A stretch of 64,000 nucleotides of DNA, from NCBI RefSeq assembly GCF_001194135.2, contig NC_068990.1, forward strand, positions 61,214,858 through 61,278,857, in the 5' to 3' direction. Origin of the DNA: Octopus bimaculoides. Taxonomy: Eukaryota. The translations under genes were made by a program, and so were the position numbers. Below, piece by piece: positions 21,701 to 34,479 of the stretch. How positions within the stretch are numbered: position 1 is the stretch's first letter; each line of letters begins with the position of its first letter. The notes beneath the pieces were generated by a model that saw only the letters and a program-made list of their open reading frames with translations, did no database searches and was not told the DNA's origin.

Positions 21701-24700
21701 TTGATAGAATAAGTACAAAGCTTAAAAGAGAAAAAATACTGGGGCTGCTTCATTCAACTGAAAAATAGTTTGAGGCAGAACCCCAGCATGGCCACAGTCT
21801 AATGACTGAAACAAGTAAAAGATAAAAGATATATATAATTTAATATATGAACTAATGAAGTTTTTTTTCAAGAATTCTATATCTAAACAGAAAGCAAAAT
21901 GTCAATTTTATAATACATCAGTTGGAAAATTTATCAATGGGGACAATACATAAATTTCAATAATAAAGTCAATATCTTTTAGAAAATGTTTAAAAGCTCT
22001 GAGAAATGACCTAGAGTAACATTTTTAACCTTTTGATACCAACTCTCCTGACACTGCATCTGATTATGTTACAAAACCTCTAATTTTTATAAAAATTTCT
22101 ATTTAAATTAAAATTTCCCTTCATATTTATATCTAAGGAAAAAAATTTTTTTTCATTAAGTTTTTTTCATTAACAACAGTTTAATAACGAGCAAGTTATT
22201 TTATTAAATCCCTCCAAATTCTTGATTTTGAAAATTAATTGACACACATACACAAGCAGTGTATATTTTTGTTGGAAATATGGCCACAAAAGAGTTTTTA
22301 GAGAAATTTGAAATGTTTATGATTCTGTCAACTGAAAACTGGTAAACAAATTCTTTATGTCATGGTTAAAAAAAAAAAGGCATGGAAAAGTACAATTCTA
22401 AAAAATACAGAAGTGTTTGCCACAAGGGCAGCCATTTTGGGGAAAGGCCTGTGTCGATTACATCAATCCCAGTGTTACACTGGTATTCAATTTATTGACC
22501 CTGAAAGGATGAAAGGCAAAGTTGAAATCTGCAGAATTTGAACTCAGAACGTAGTGACAAGCGAAATACTGTTAAGCATTTAGCTCGGCATGCTACCGAG
22601 TCTGCCAGAATAATAATAATAAAGTAGTTGAAATTTCTGTAAGAGAGTCAATAAGAGAGAATACTGATTTGGATGAACAATGAGGAATGGTAAAATTCAC
22701 TGAAATATGGAACCTAATTATCATTGATGAAGTGTTGTAGATAAATAAAAACTTTTGAAATTGTTGGTAAAATGTAGCAAAACTTTTAAAAGAAAAAAAA
22801 AAAAATCCAGAAAATGACTGCTAATCTCTTGTTTAAAAGATGTATCCAGTTAAAAGAAAAGGACAAGTTTAATAAGCTTAAGTTTGTGTACATCAGCTCA
22901 GCATTTCATCCTCTTATCAAAATACTAAAACTCAAAGATACAAATCACATTTTTCTAAAAGAACAAGATTCTAAGTAAGATTTAGTCATCAAATGAAATA
23001 CCCAGGGACTAATAGCTTAAGATAACATGAAAATAAAATGAAGCAACAAATTCATTCAGAAAAATTAAATCTTAAATCTACCCTTTAGCCAAATTCCATT
23101 TGAGATTATTCAGATGGGGGTGACTTAAAAGAAAGAATGAAATACAAAAGGGTAAGAAAGTCTTATCGCTTATAATTAGCTGACAGACGAGAACAGAGGA
23201 ATCAATATCAAGATATGCCTGTAGCTGGGCTCACAGCACCGACACTGATAATGAATCACTGTTGAGTTTAATTTCATTAATAAACAAAATTTACTTAGAA
23301 TTTACACAAAACTACTGCCAACTTTACAACAACAATTTAAAAATATTACTGGCAGAAAAGGTTTGCTGTGAATCACTGCTTGCTGTCTGTTGGTTGTTCG
23401 AACACAAAGGAACTCGAGAACTAACGAGTAGAACCATGATGCACTTTAAACTTCAATAGCTTAGTAGACACTCTGAGGTGAAGAATAATGTGAAAAATAT
23501 ACTCATTTAAATGGCATATGTAAATTTTGTTGATTATTAATGTTGAGAGACAGCACATGCCTTAGGTTGCCACAGCCAGCAAATGACCAACGACTACCGG
23601 CAATATAGGTTATATATGTAAATGTTCATGAATTTAGTACTAAATGCCAGCAAAAGACTGTTTTTTTACTGTGATGAAGAGTTTGTGATAATTTAAATAA
23701 TTCTAGACAAGAATCTCCAAGAGGTTTCTAAGAAATACAGAATATGTTGCATTTATAGCCAAAGCTTTATTTAACCCAATCAAAAACAAAACACACAATG
23801 GAGATGCTATCTTTAGAGGTTTTCTTCCTATTAACAAATATTTCATGCTTTTATAGTGTAACTCTTCAGCATTTAAACTGGCCATATCCTAAGATGAAGC
23901 AAAGTTCTTTTAATATGAGAGAAATTTACTTTATAGTTTATCACTACAGGTTTTCTATATAATTTAGAGTCAGTACTAAAAGTTATGAAGTTTTGCATAT
24001 AAATATGTATTTGTAAACAATGTGATTGCATAAATGTATTCATGTACATTGTAACATTCAGGACTGGCTCTACATTCTATAGAAAATTAATAGAGATAAA
24101 ATTAAGTGATTATATCACACTGCTAACACAAAAGTAAGACATAGTATTGACTTATAAACCTTTAATAAAAAATCTGGCACTCAGTCACTTACAACAATGA
24201 GGGTTCCAGTTGATCCGATCAACAGAACAACTTGCTTATGAGATTAACATGCAAGTGGCTGAGCTCTCCACAGACACACGTACCCCTTCACATACTTCTC
24301 AAGGAGATTCAGCATGACACAATGTGACAAGGCCGGCCCCTTGAAATATGGGTACTAATCATTTTTGTCAGCTGAGTATACTGGAGCAATGTGAAATAAT
24401 GTGCCTTACTCAAGGACACAATGTGCTGCCAGGAATTGAACTTGTGACCCTAAAATTGCGGGTTGAATACCTTAACCGCTAAGCCATGTACCTTTAATAA
24501 ACTTGGTATATTATTATGATTGCAAAATGAAATATGGAAAATATTTACACAAAGTAGGTCTTAAGTTACAGGAAAGGCAGAGCTTATTAAGCCAGGCCTA
24601 ATCACACTCTTAATGATTATAAATACCTTTCTATGTTGCCCTCCTGTGGCAAAAGTTTTTACTTTATGAATCTGTATAGCAGAATTTCCTAAAACTTTGA

Positions 24701-25881
24701 TACTAATCAATATGACTGATCTACTTGAAAATTTGTGTCAAAACTCAAGCCATAACTAACTTTAAAGATTTGGAACAGGTTTGAAGAATTTTATTCTTAA
24801 TATTTTAGTTCATAAAGAAGGCCATTACTAGTTCAATAATTTATTTAAGGATAAGCTTTGATGGTGAAGATAAACTATCTTGTTGGAAGATTTATTAATA
24901 GTTTATTGATCTAAAAGATTCTTCAGATAAATAGCTCGACCAGTCAGCTATGGATGGTCCATTAATTTCCTTCATATTGAAACACTGCATGAAAATTTGC
25001 TTGAGTAGAAAAATGTTCCAAATACTAAAAGCTAGCAGCTTATTAATAATTAATATGATTAAACAGGTGGTTTACTTCAAAGTAGCTCCTTAAACCTACT
25101 TAATTATTATTTGTTATTTTGTTTGTCTGACAAACAATTTTAATTCTCCAGTTTCATCAGTTCAATGATATTTTCTTCTCGCAAAGAATTGGAATGGTTA
25201 AATCTACTCATTCCTGACTAGGCTTTTTCCTTCAAATCTGCTACCAATACAAGAACATAGTGTTTAGGTGGCTCGCAGCCAAACAAAATACTATTCCAGT
25301 AGTACAAGTGGCAATGTGCAATTTCGAAGTTCGAATCATACCTGAGCTAATTTATCCCTTTATCTCTTTAACCCTCTGTAAAAAGAAGTTAAGTTACCTT
25401 CTCAATTCATCTCGACTCATAAAAGCTTGTTACCTGGTTTTCCATGGCATATAGATCCCCCACCTGGATGGGATGCTGGTCCATCACAGGATTACTCAGT
25501 TTTGCTTGCTGAGTGAACTGGAGCAATGTGAAATGAAGTGTTTTGATCAAGAACACAATGCATCGCCCAGCCCAGGAATTGAAACTGCAATCATATGATC
25601 ATGAGTCCAACATTCTAACCACTGAGACATGCGCCTCTAGCATTCAAATTAATCATAACCAGCCCAAATAGCCTGCCTGTTTTGCATTCAAACTATCTAG
25701 ATTCAGCCTTTCATACCCACCAGGCAATGTCATTCTAAAAATAAATAATTGCATCATCAAAATATTAAAGCATGATTAATTCAAAAAACTGTGGATAAAT
25801 AAGGATTACATGGGATAGAGTAATCTGAATGTGAAAAGATTAGTCAATAAAATTAGATAAACTATCAACAATAGTCTAGAA

Positions 25882-26502
25882 CAGTGATTAACACCCCACT
25901 GGTGGGGGCATGGTGCTGTGGACGCCAGGCACAAGATTCTCATTAAAGTGATTCCCTTTTTGTTCTTAGTTAATAATGTACTTTTTTTTGTACTCAGTAC
26001 TTAATAAAGTGAAGGCACATGGCTCAGTGGTTACAGCATCAGGCTCACAGTCACGAGGTAGTGAATTCAATTCCTGAACTAGGCTGTGTGAGCAAGATGC
26101 TTTATTTCATAGCTTCAGTTCACTCAGCTGTAGAAATTAGTTGCGGCGTCACTGGTGCCAAGCTGTATCAACCTTTGCCTTTCTCTTGGATAACATCAGT
26201 GGCATGGAGAGGAAAGACTGGCATGCATAGGTGACTGCTGGTCTTCTATAAACAACCTTGCCTGAACTTGTGCCTTGGAGGGGAACTTGCTAGGTGCAAT
26301 TCCATGGTCATTCATGACCGAAGGGAGCTTTTAACCTTTACCCTTTACTTAATAAAAGAGTAACCGGTAGACTCTTTTGTATTAAATAATTGTGATAGAA
26401 TATTAAAAATAAAGTAGTTTTTTTTTTTCAACCACTGGTGGGGCATACATTTTTCTTGAAAGTTACAGTGGGGCCTGCAGGAAAATAGGTTGAGAAACAT
26501 GG
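25882..26502. mobile_element. hAT-type MITE with 8-bp TSD and nested family D SINE
   Basis: Flanks GTCTAGAA (25874-25881) and ATCTAGAA (26503-26510). Ends CAGTGATTAAC and GTTGAGAAACATGG. Confidence 0.6.
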
Positions 26503-27163
26503 ATCTAGAATAAGATGGTAATCAAAGAATGACAAATCCTTCCTTTAGGTTCAACAAGTAAGCTGCAAAGCAGAATGAAAAATTATAAGATATCAATATT
26601 TATGTAAAGGATACTGCCTAACATAATGCAGAAATAATTTTTATAAAGGAAAATGAAGGAAATCTAAGTGCTTGCTTGGCCTAGAAATAGCAGTCACATC
26701 CCTCATCAAATCACGCCTCTCATCTTTAAAAAGATGAAAAAAAAAAAAGACAAGTTTAGTGATACAGTCCTAGATAAACATTAAGACAGGAATGTCTTGT
26801 CTGGAATGGCTTTTATCAGAAGTTTGTCTTGAATTTCTCAAAGCAGACTAGGGTTAAATAATGACAAAGGGTTCACTGTCTTAAGAGGTTTAGAAAATGA
26901 GCTGCAGAGTTCAATTATTTTTGTGGCTATTGACCAGCAGAAAGTATCAATTCTAAACTCTTAAGATGCTCACAGCTGACTAGATTTGTCACTATTACGG
27001 AGAGCAAAAACAGAATCACTGCTGGAGCAATTGGGTAATAGCCAACACCTCAATCACGTAATCCATACTTGATGGTCTTATTGGGTGAAGGCCAAAGTTT
27101 TACTTTGGAAAACAACACTCGGTGGAGCACCTAGAGAAAGATTAGACTTGTATGAGATCCATA

Positions 27164-27196
<33 letters not shown>

Positions 27197-27215
27197 GAGT
27201 GTGTATGTATGTATA

Positions 27216-27307
<92 letters not shown>

Positions 27308-28249
27308 TGTGTATGTATGTATATATATATATACATATATATATATACATATATATATATATGAGTGTGTATGTATATGTATATGTATATATATATATAC
27401 CCACACATCTATCCACACACACACATACACAATGTAAATGCAGACACGGTTGAATGTGGTAAGAAGTTTGCTGTCTATCCACATGGTTCTGGGTACAGTC
27501 CCATAGCGTGGAACCTTGGGCAAGTGTTTTCTACAATAGCCTTAGGCCAACCAAAGGCTTGTGAATGAATGAAGCCCGTTGTATATATAAATGTGTGTGT
27601 CTTTGTGTCTGAGTTTGTCCTCCACCACAGCTTGACAACCAGTGTTGATGTGTTTACATTCCTGTAACATAATGGTTCAGCAAAAGAGACCAAGAGAATA
27701 AGTACCAGGCTGGCTCAAAAAAACTAAAACAAAAAAAAAGGACTGGTGTCAACTTGTTCAGTAAAAATTCTTCAGGGTGGTGCCACAGCATGGCCATAGT
27801 CAAATGACTGAAATAAGTCAAAAAGACTTATTTCACGCATACACATATAGATGTGAATATTTGTCACACACACTGTTTCAACACCCACTTTTCCATCTTT
27901 GCACAAATCACATGGAATTTACTGAGGCAGATTTCCTTGAGCAGGATGCTCGTCCTGTTGTCAACCATCATACGCTGCTAAGCAAGATAATACTTCCGCA
28001 GGACCAGGCATGTCACAGAAGAGCGAAAATACAGGACACCACTTGTATGATGGCAACATTCATTTACAAACATCATGCTATCTCAAGATAAGGAGACACA
28101 AACATATGTATCATCATCATCATTTAATGGCTGTTATCCATGCTGACATGGGTTGGAAAGTTTGAATGGGGTTGACCAGCTCGAGAGCTGCCCAAGTTCC
28201 ATTTGTCTGTTTTGGCATGGTTTCTATGGCTGCATAAGCGGGCATAACC

Positions 28250-28680
28250 TTTTGTAGTAACTGACATAAGTTGCTCGATTTTCACGTGTTGGTAAAGTAA
28301 CTCTTCTACTGTACTTTTCTTTCAGTGCTTCTTCACTGCATGCAAATTATAGGTTCCAACATGTCATCGTTGAGTTCTCGATTGAATGACAGCTGGGGGC
28401 TGTCCAACATCCACAGAAGGCTACAGGATGTTTATGGAGATGACACAAGCGACATGAGCTATGTGCACAGAAGAACGAAGAAGTTGAAAGAAGGTGGGGA
28501 AAGTTCTGAAGATGACACCACACAGTGGGAGGTGACCATCACAGATGCAAATCACCAGCAAGAGGACAAACTTGTGTAAACAGATGCGTCACAAACCATC
28601 AGGTGGCTGCACAAGTGGACTGTGGTCACAATGCATTATGGTGAAATAATTTGGGTATTTGAAATACTTGAAGAGATCTT
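28250..28680 (+). pseudogene. Mariner transposase N-terminal (HTH) remnant
   Basis: ORF 28325-28579 contains NIHRRLQDVYGDDTSDMSYVHRRTKKLKEG, resembling the mariner IHxRLxxVYGxxxxxxSxVxRWxxxFKxG pattern. Confidence 0.55.
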
Positions 28681-29145
28681 AGTTGAATGATTTGACTCCT
28701 AGTACTTATTTATTGACCCCAGTACTTAATTCTATTAGTTTCTTTTGCTGAACCGCTATGTTACAGGGACATAAGTACACCATCACCGGTTGTCAAATGG
28801 TGATGGGAGACCCACAAAGACACACACATACATATATACATATACAAATATACGAAGGCGTGTTTTCTGTTTCTGTCCACCATATCCACACACAAGGCTT
28901 CCATACAGTGGGACTGAACCTGGAACCATTTGGTTGGGAAACAAGCTTCCTACCACACAGCTGCACCCTGCGTGCAAAGAATGCTCACAAAGGCATTAGT
29001 GAAAGCCTTTCATAAGCACTTAACTGAAGAGTTGTTGCTTACTGAGCCAGGATGACTGAAAATAAGTAGCAAGAATTGATAAGAGATCAATAATCAAACA
29101 CCATTCACTTACTGCAGTGATTGGTTTCTATAATTTCTTAAAAGA

Positions 29146-29180
<35 letters not shown>

Positions 29181-29570
29181 AACTAAAATTGACTTGGTTA
29201 AAATTATTCTCGTTAAAGCCTGCACAGCCTAGAAATTAGTGAACACTATTAGACTTTTAAGGAAAATGCTGCAGGCTATAGTAAATTTTTTAAACAAAAT
29301 AAATGAACATTTAAATGTTTCTATTTTTAGATATGAATCATGAAATGATCTTGTGTTGGGGCAGAAGGCTTGATTTTGATATACTGTTTGGGTTCTTTCA
29401 TAAACACACAAGTTCTTCCTCCTTTGTTTGTCACTTTTACTATCCATTAATTTTCTTATAAACATATATTATTTCCAAATTAACTACTGCCTGTTCAAGA
29501 GAATTCTGGAAGGCTGTGTATGTGTGTGTATGTATGTGTCTGTGTGTGTATGTATATATATAGATATATA

Positions 29571-30815
29571 TTGGATCATCCCATATATAATGTGGTTTTC
29601 CAATTGCATGAATTAAAAGTCAGGGGAGGATGGGATAAACTATTTGCATCACCTTGCTATAAGAGCAAGTAGTAGTTTTACCTTGTACTTATTCTTAGTG
29701 CAGTTCGATTTTGACAGTTATTTTTTCAAAGCTATAATGGAAGTGACAAAGGAGAATATTTGGCATATTTTGCTTTACGAGTACAATAAAGGCAACAATG
29801 CAATGGAAAGTGCAAGAAATATTAATGCAGTAAATGGGGATCGGACAATAAGCATAAGCCAGTGTCAACAGTGTTCCAGAAATCCCTAGAAGATAAGCTT
29901 CATCTTGGAAGATTTGTAGAGCTTGACGAGGACATCCTGCAAAACCTGGTGGAACAAAATCCCATCGTAACTGTTGAGGAACTAGCAGAGAAGCTTGGAT
30001 TTGGTCATTCAACCATTCAGTGACACCTGTATGCCATTGAAAAAGTCATCAAATTGGGTTAATGAGTTCCTCACAAACTTTACGAGTTTAATCAAGTACA
30101 GAGAGTGAATGTGTGCTCTTCTTTACTGTCACAACTCATGACTGAACCCTTTTGGACCGAATAGTGATTGGTGACGAGAAATGGATTCTCTATAAAAATG
30201 TCAAGTGCCGAAGACAGTGGGTAGGGAAAGAAGAAACACCAACACCCCAAATTAAAGAAGGTCTTCACCTATATAAGGTGCGGTTAACTGTTTGGTGGGA
30301 TACGAAAGGTTTAGTCCACTTTAAACTTGTAAACCCAAACCAAATGATAATAAAGGAGATCTACTGCGAGCAGCTTGAGTGGCTTAATTCATGCTAGAAG
30401 AAAAACGACCATCTTTGGTTTCAAGATGAAAGGTGTTCTATCAGGATGTTTGGCCACATGCAGTGGGGGATGACATTCCAATGGTTGGAGCAGTTTGAAT
30501 GGGAAAATGATGCCCCACCCACCATATTCACTGGACATTGCCCCATCTGATTATCACTTATTCCACAGTCTTCAAAATCATATGGATGGAAAAAATATGA
30601 ACCCTATTGACGAGGTCAGAACATTACTGAAGGAATATTTTTCATCATGGACAAGTGAATTTTGGAAGAGGGGCTCTGCAAGTCCACCAGATAGATGGAA
30701 GAGCATTGTAGAAAATGAAGGAGAGTATATTTTAGATTAAAAAAGAACTTTGTTTATCTTGATTTTGAAAAATAAAAGAAGTATAGAAAAAAACATTATT
30801 TATGGGATGAACCTA
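29571..30815 (+). mobile_element. Full-length but inactivated mariner (D,D34D; mellifera-like)
   Basis: 22-bp TIRs matching at 19/22 (29571-29592 and 30794-30815), TA on both sides, 1245 bp. Fragments MEVTKENIWHILLYEYNKGNNAMESARNINAV, KLG**VPHKL, RIVIGDEKWILY, FYQD, PHPPYSLDIAPSDYHLFHSLQN, RWKSIVENEGEYILD*, broken by stops and frameshifts. Confidence 0.9.
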
Positions 30816-31310
30816 TATATTATATATAGGTGCAAGCATAGCAGTGTGGTAAGAAGCTTACTTCCCAACCACATGGTTCCGGGTTCAGTCCCACTGTGTA
30901 GCACCTTGGGCAAGTGTCTTCTACTATAGCCTCGAGCTGACCAAAGCTTTGTGAGTGGATTTGGTAGATGAAAACTGAAAGAAGCTTGTGGTATATCTTT
31001 ATGTATATGTTTCTGTGTGTGCGTGTTTTTTAGTCTGTGTTTGCTCCCCAACCATTGCTTGATAATTGCTGTTGATGTGTTTACGTCCCCATAACTTACT
31101 GTTATGCTAAAAAATAGGCTTAAAAATATAAGTCTTAGGGTCGATTTCTTCAACTAAAACCCTTTAAGGTGGTGCCCCCAGCCAAATGAATTCCAGTACT
31201 TCTTTCTTTAAGACTGGTACCTATTCTGTTGATCACTTTTACCAAACCTCTAAGTTATGGGGTAAACACACACAAAGACACAAGCATACACACACACACA
31301 CACACATATA

Positions 31311-31352
<42 letters not shown>

Positions 31353-32246
31353 NNNNNNNNNNNNNNNNNNNNNNNNNNNNNNNNNNNNNNNNNNNNNNNN
31401 NNNNNNNNNNNNNNNNNNNNNNNNNNNNNNNNNNNNNNNNNNNNNNNNNNNNNNNNNNNNNNNNNNNNNNNNNNNNNNNNNNNNNNNNNNNNNNNNNNNN
31501 NNNNNNNNNNNNNNNNNNNNNNNNNNNNNNNNNNNNNNNNNNNNNNNNNNNNNNNNNNNNNNNNNNNNNNNNNNNNNNNNNNNNNNNNNNNNNNNNNNNN
31601 NNNNNNNNNNNNNNNNNNNNNNNNNNNNNNNNNNNNNNNNNNNNNNNNNNNNNNNNNNNNNNNNNNNNNNNNNNNNNNNNNNNNNNNNNNNNNNNNNNNN
31701 NNNNNNNNNNNNNNNNNNNNNNNNNNNNNNNNNNNNNNNNNNNNNNNNNNNNNNNNNNNNNNNNNNNNNNNNNNNNNNNNNNNNNNNNNNNNNNNNNNNN
31801 NNNNNNNNNNNNNNNNNNNNNNNNNNNNNNNNNNNNNNNNNNNNNNNNNNNNNNNNNNNNNNNNNNNNNNNNNNNNNNNNNNNNNNNNNNNNNNNNNNNN
31901 NNNNNNNNNNNNNNNNNNNNNNNNNNNNNNNNNNNNNNNNNNNNNNNNNNNNNNNNNNNNNNNNNNNNNNNNNNNNNNNNNNNNNNNNNNNNNNNNNNNN
32001 NNNNNNNNNNNNNNNNNNNNNNNNNNNNNNNNNNNNNNNNNNNNNNNNNNNNNNNNNNNNNNNNNNNNNNNNNNNNNNNNNNNNNNNNNNNNNNNNNNNN
32101 NNNNNNNNNNNNNNNNNNNNNNNNNNNNNNNNNNNNNNNNNNNNNNNNNNNNNNNNNNNNNNNNNNNNNNNNNNNNNNNNNNNNNNNNNNNNNNNNNNNN
32201 NNNNNNNNNNNNNNNNNNNNNNNNNNNNNNNNNNNNNNNNNNNNNN

Positions 32247-32860
32247 CACGCGTGTCTTTGTAAATATGTTTGTATACATTTATGTATGTGTGTATTTGTA
32301 AGAGACAGAGTGTGAGTGAGTCAAGGGGTGTGTTGTCATATGCATCCATCATTTTTGGATGTATGTGTGCATGTGTGTGTGTGAGACAGAGTGAGAGAGT
32401 GGTGTGTATGTAGTATTTACTCTCTCATACACACACACACAAAGATGTATGCATATTTATGCATGTACGTATACATGACAACAAACCTCTCTCTCTCTCA
32501 CTCTCTCTGTTACACACACACACACACGTTCATTTCATCTGATGTGTGATACTCTGTGTGTGTGTGTGTGCGTGAGGGGTTCCACAATCGCAATTTATTT
32601 CAATTACTCTTGTGATGATATTTACGTAAATCATTTTTTTCATTCAATCCCCATTTTAATTTTCGTAAAAGTTTCCAAGTACCAATGAGGCTTTTTGGCG
32701 CATCTTCAAGTTTCCAATTCATGAGAGGTGCCCAGTCATCATTCATCTGAGAATAGATCTACAGAATGTTCTCAGATTTCTATACAGCATATTTTGCTTT
32801 TTTCCTTCCAGTATATAAGCAACAATTTCATTCCCGGGCAACGCCGGGTTGCTCTGCTAG
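32247..32860 (+). mobile_element. Non-autonomous Helitron, 3' part (5' end in gap)
   Basis: Ends CCCGGGCAACGCCGGG (hairpin) TTGCTCTGCTAG|T at 32860. Confidence 0.75.
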
Positions 32861-33717
32861 TATATATATATAAGTTTCTCTCAGTTTCTGTCTACAAATC
32901 CACTCACAAGGCTTTGGTTGACATGAGGCTATAGTGGAAGCCACTTGCTCAAGGTGCCATGCTGGCGGACTGAACCCAGAACCATGTAGTTGGGAAGCAA
33001 ACCTCTTACCAGACAGCTATGCATGCATCTTTATGTGTGTGTGTGTGTGCATGCACACACACAATGTAGGATCTGGTCAAGCCATTCACATCATACATAA
33101 GATTGAACAATTTTGAAAACATTTCAAAAGTCAAGAAAAAGAATTAAAAAATAGAAACTAAAAACTGGTATAATAGTATTACATAATATTACTTAGCGAA
33201 AACAAAAAAATAAATCAAATAACATAATAGCTACTATAGTAATAAGAAACCCTCAGAGGCTCACTAAGAAATTTTCAAAAATTAAATCCAACTTTAATAA
33301 TCCTCAGAATAATTATTTAAAGAGAAGACAAGCATGATATTAAGGGAAATTCTGATACAAGATAATTTAAATCATATTAAAATTAATCTCATAAGACACT
33401 AAGAATTAAGCTATTCATTTTTCCTAATACTAACCTGACTTAATTCCATGATAAAGATAATTCGGAATTGAAATCCCAGATTTATAGCAAATATAATATA
33501 AAAATACAAGTATGGATAGAGAAACCTCATTTGTAAATAATTGCAAATCAGAAATATACTAACTCACAGCATTATTTACACATAGGAATAATAGAAAATA
33601 TAAAATCATATTTTCTTGAGAACAATTTAACACTAAGGAGCTCATCCACTATATAGCCTTGTTTCTGTATCTAAGATGGTATATAGGAGGTCTTCATTAA
33701 TACCAGAAGTCTCCCTC

Positions 33718-34148
33718 TATCATGCTGTTGTCTCACACTATGTTTATCAAGGGACAACCATAGTTACAAGAGATCCTCTTGCATTCAGAAGCTTTGGTTA
33801 ACTGAACACCAAGTTCTGAGTCTGAAATGCTAGCCACTGACAACTGATAAGTCCCTTAACCCCTCAGGGGTTGTCGGGTCGCTGCAACTATGCAGCTTAT
33901 CTAGGGCGAGAAAGCATGGCAGAGCCCCTCTCTTGTCAGGCTACACTCATTTCTACAGCTGAGTGGACTGAAGCAACATGAAACAAAATGTTTTGCTCAA
34001 GAACAATAGATCACCCGGTCCAAGGATCGAAACCACAATCTTACAGTTGTGAATCCAACACCCTAACCACTATGCAATGTGCCTTCACTTTAAATAGTCT
34101 TAATCAGCATGAAAACACATGCAACGCTGCAATAATATTAGCATAACA
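33718..34148 (-). repeat. 3' LTR of the fossil Gypsy element
   Basis: AAAACACATGCAACGCTGCAATAATATTAGCATAACA (to 34148) and CATTCAGAAGCTTTGG...TAGCCAC (33782-33837) match 40293-40461. Confidence 0.7.
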
Positions 34149-34479
34149 ATATTCTATCACCCAGAAATGATTTGGCTTAATTCCTTTCACTATTTCAGAA
34201 TAATGCCTACCATCATTTGCAATGCTTGTTCTTGTATTGGTTGTCAAATTACAATCTTTATTAGAGTCTGGAATATCATTCAAAGCTTGTACTGACTGAT
34301 TCTGTATTTTCATTCACTATCAATATTTGTGTCATTATTTATTTGATCTGTGTGAGCTAATTCATTTTAAGAACCACAGCTGTATTATTTCCTGCTTCAG
34401 ATATAAATCTAGCTTGTTGTGGTTTATCATTTCTTCTGCATCAATACCAAAACTGGAGCTGCAGTTTCATAAAACATTG

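Noticed and set aside
27078-27568. Stacked YI/HT/CV-rich ORFs on both strands
   Set aside because: Translations of TA/CA microsatellites.
34104-34313. 69-aa minus ORF as a host exon
   Set aside because: Lies at the Gypsy pol end and runs into the 3' LTR. No good acceptor.
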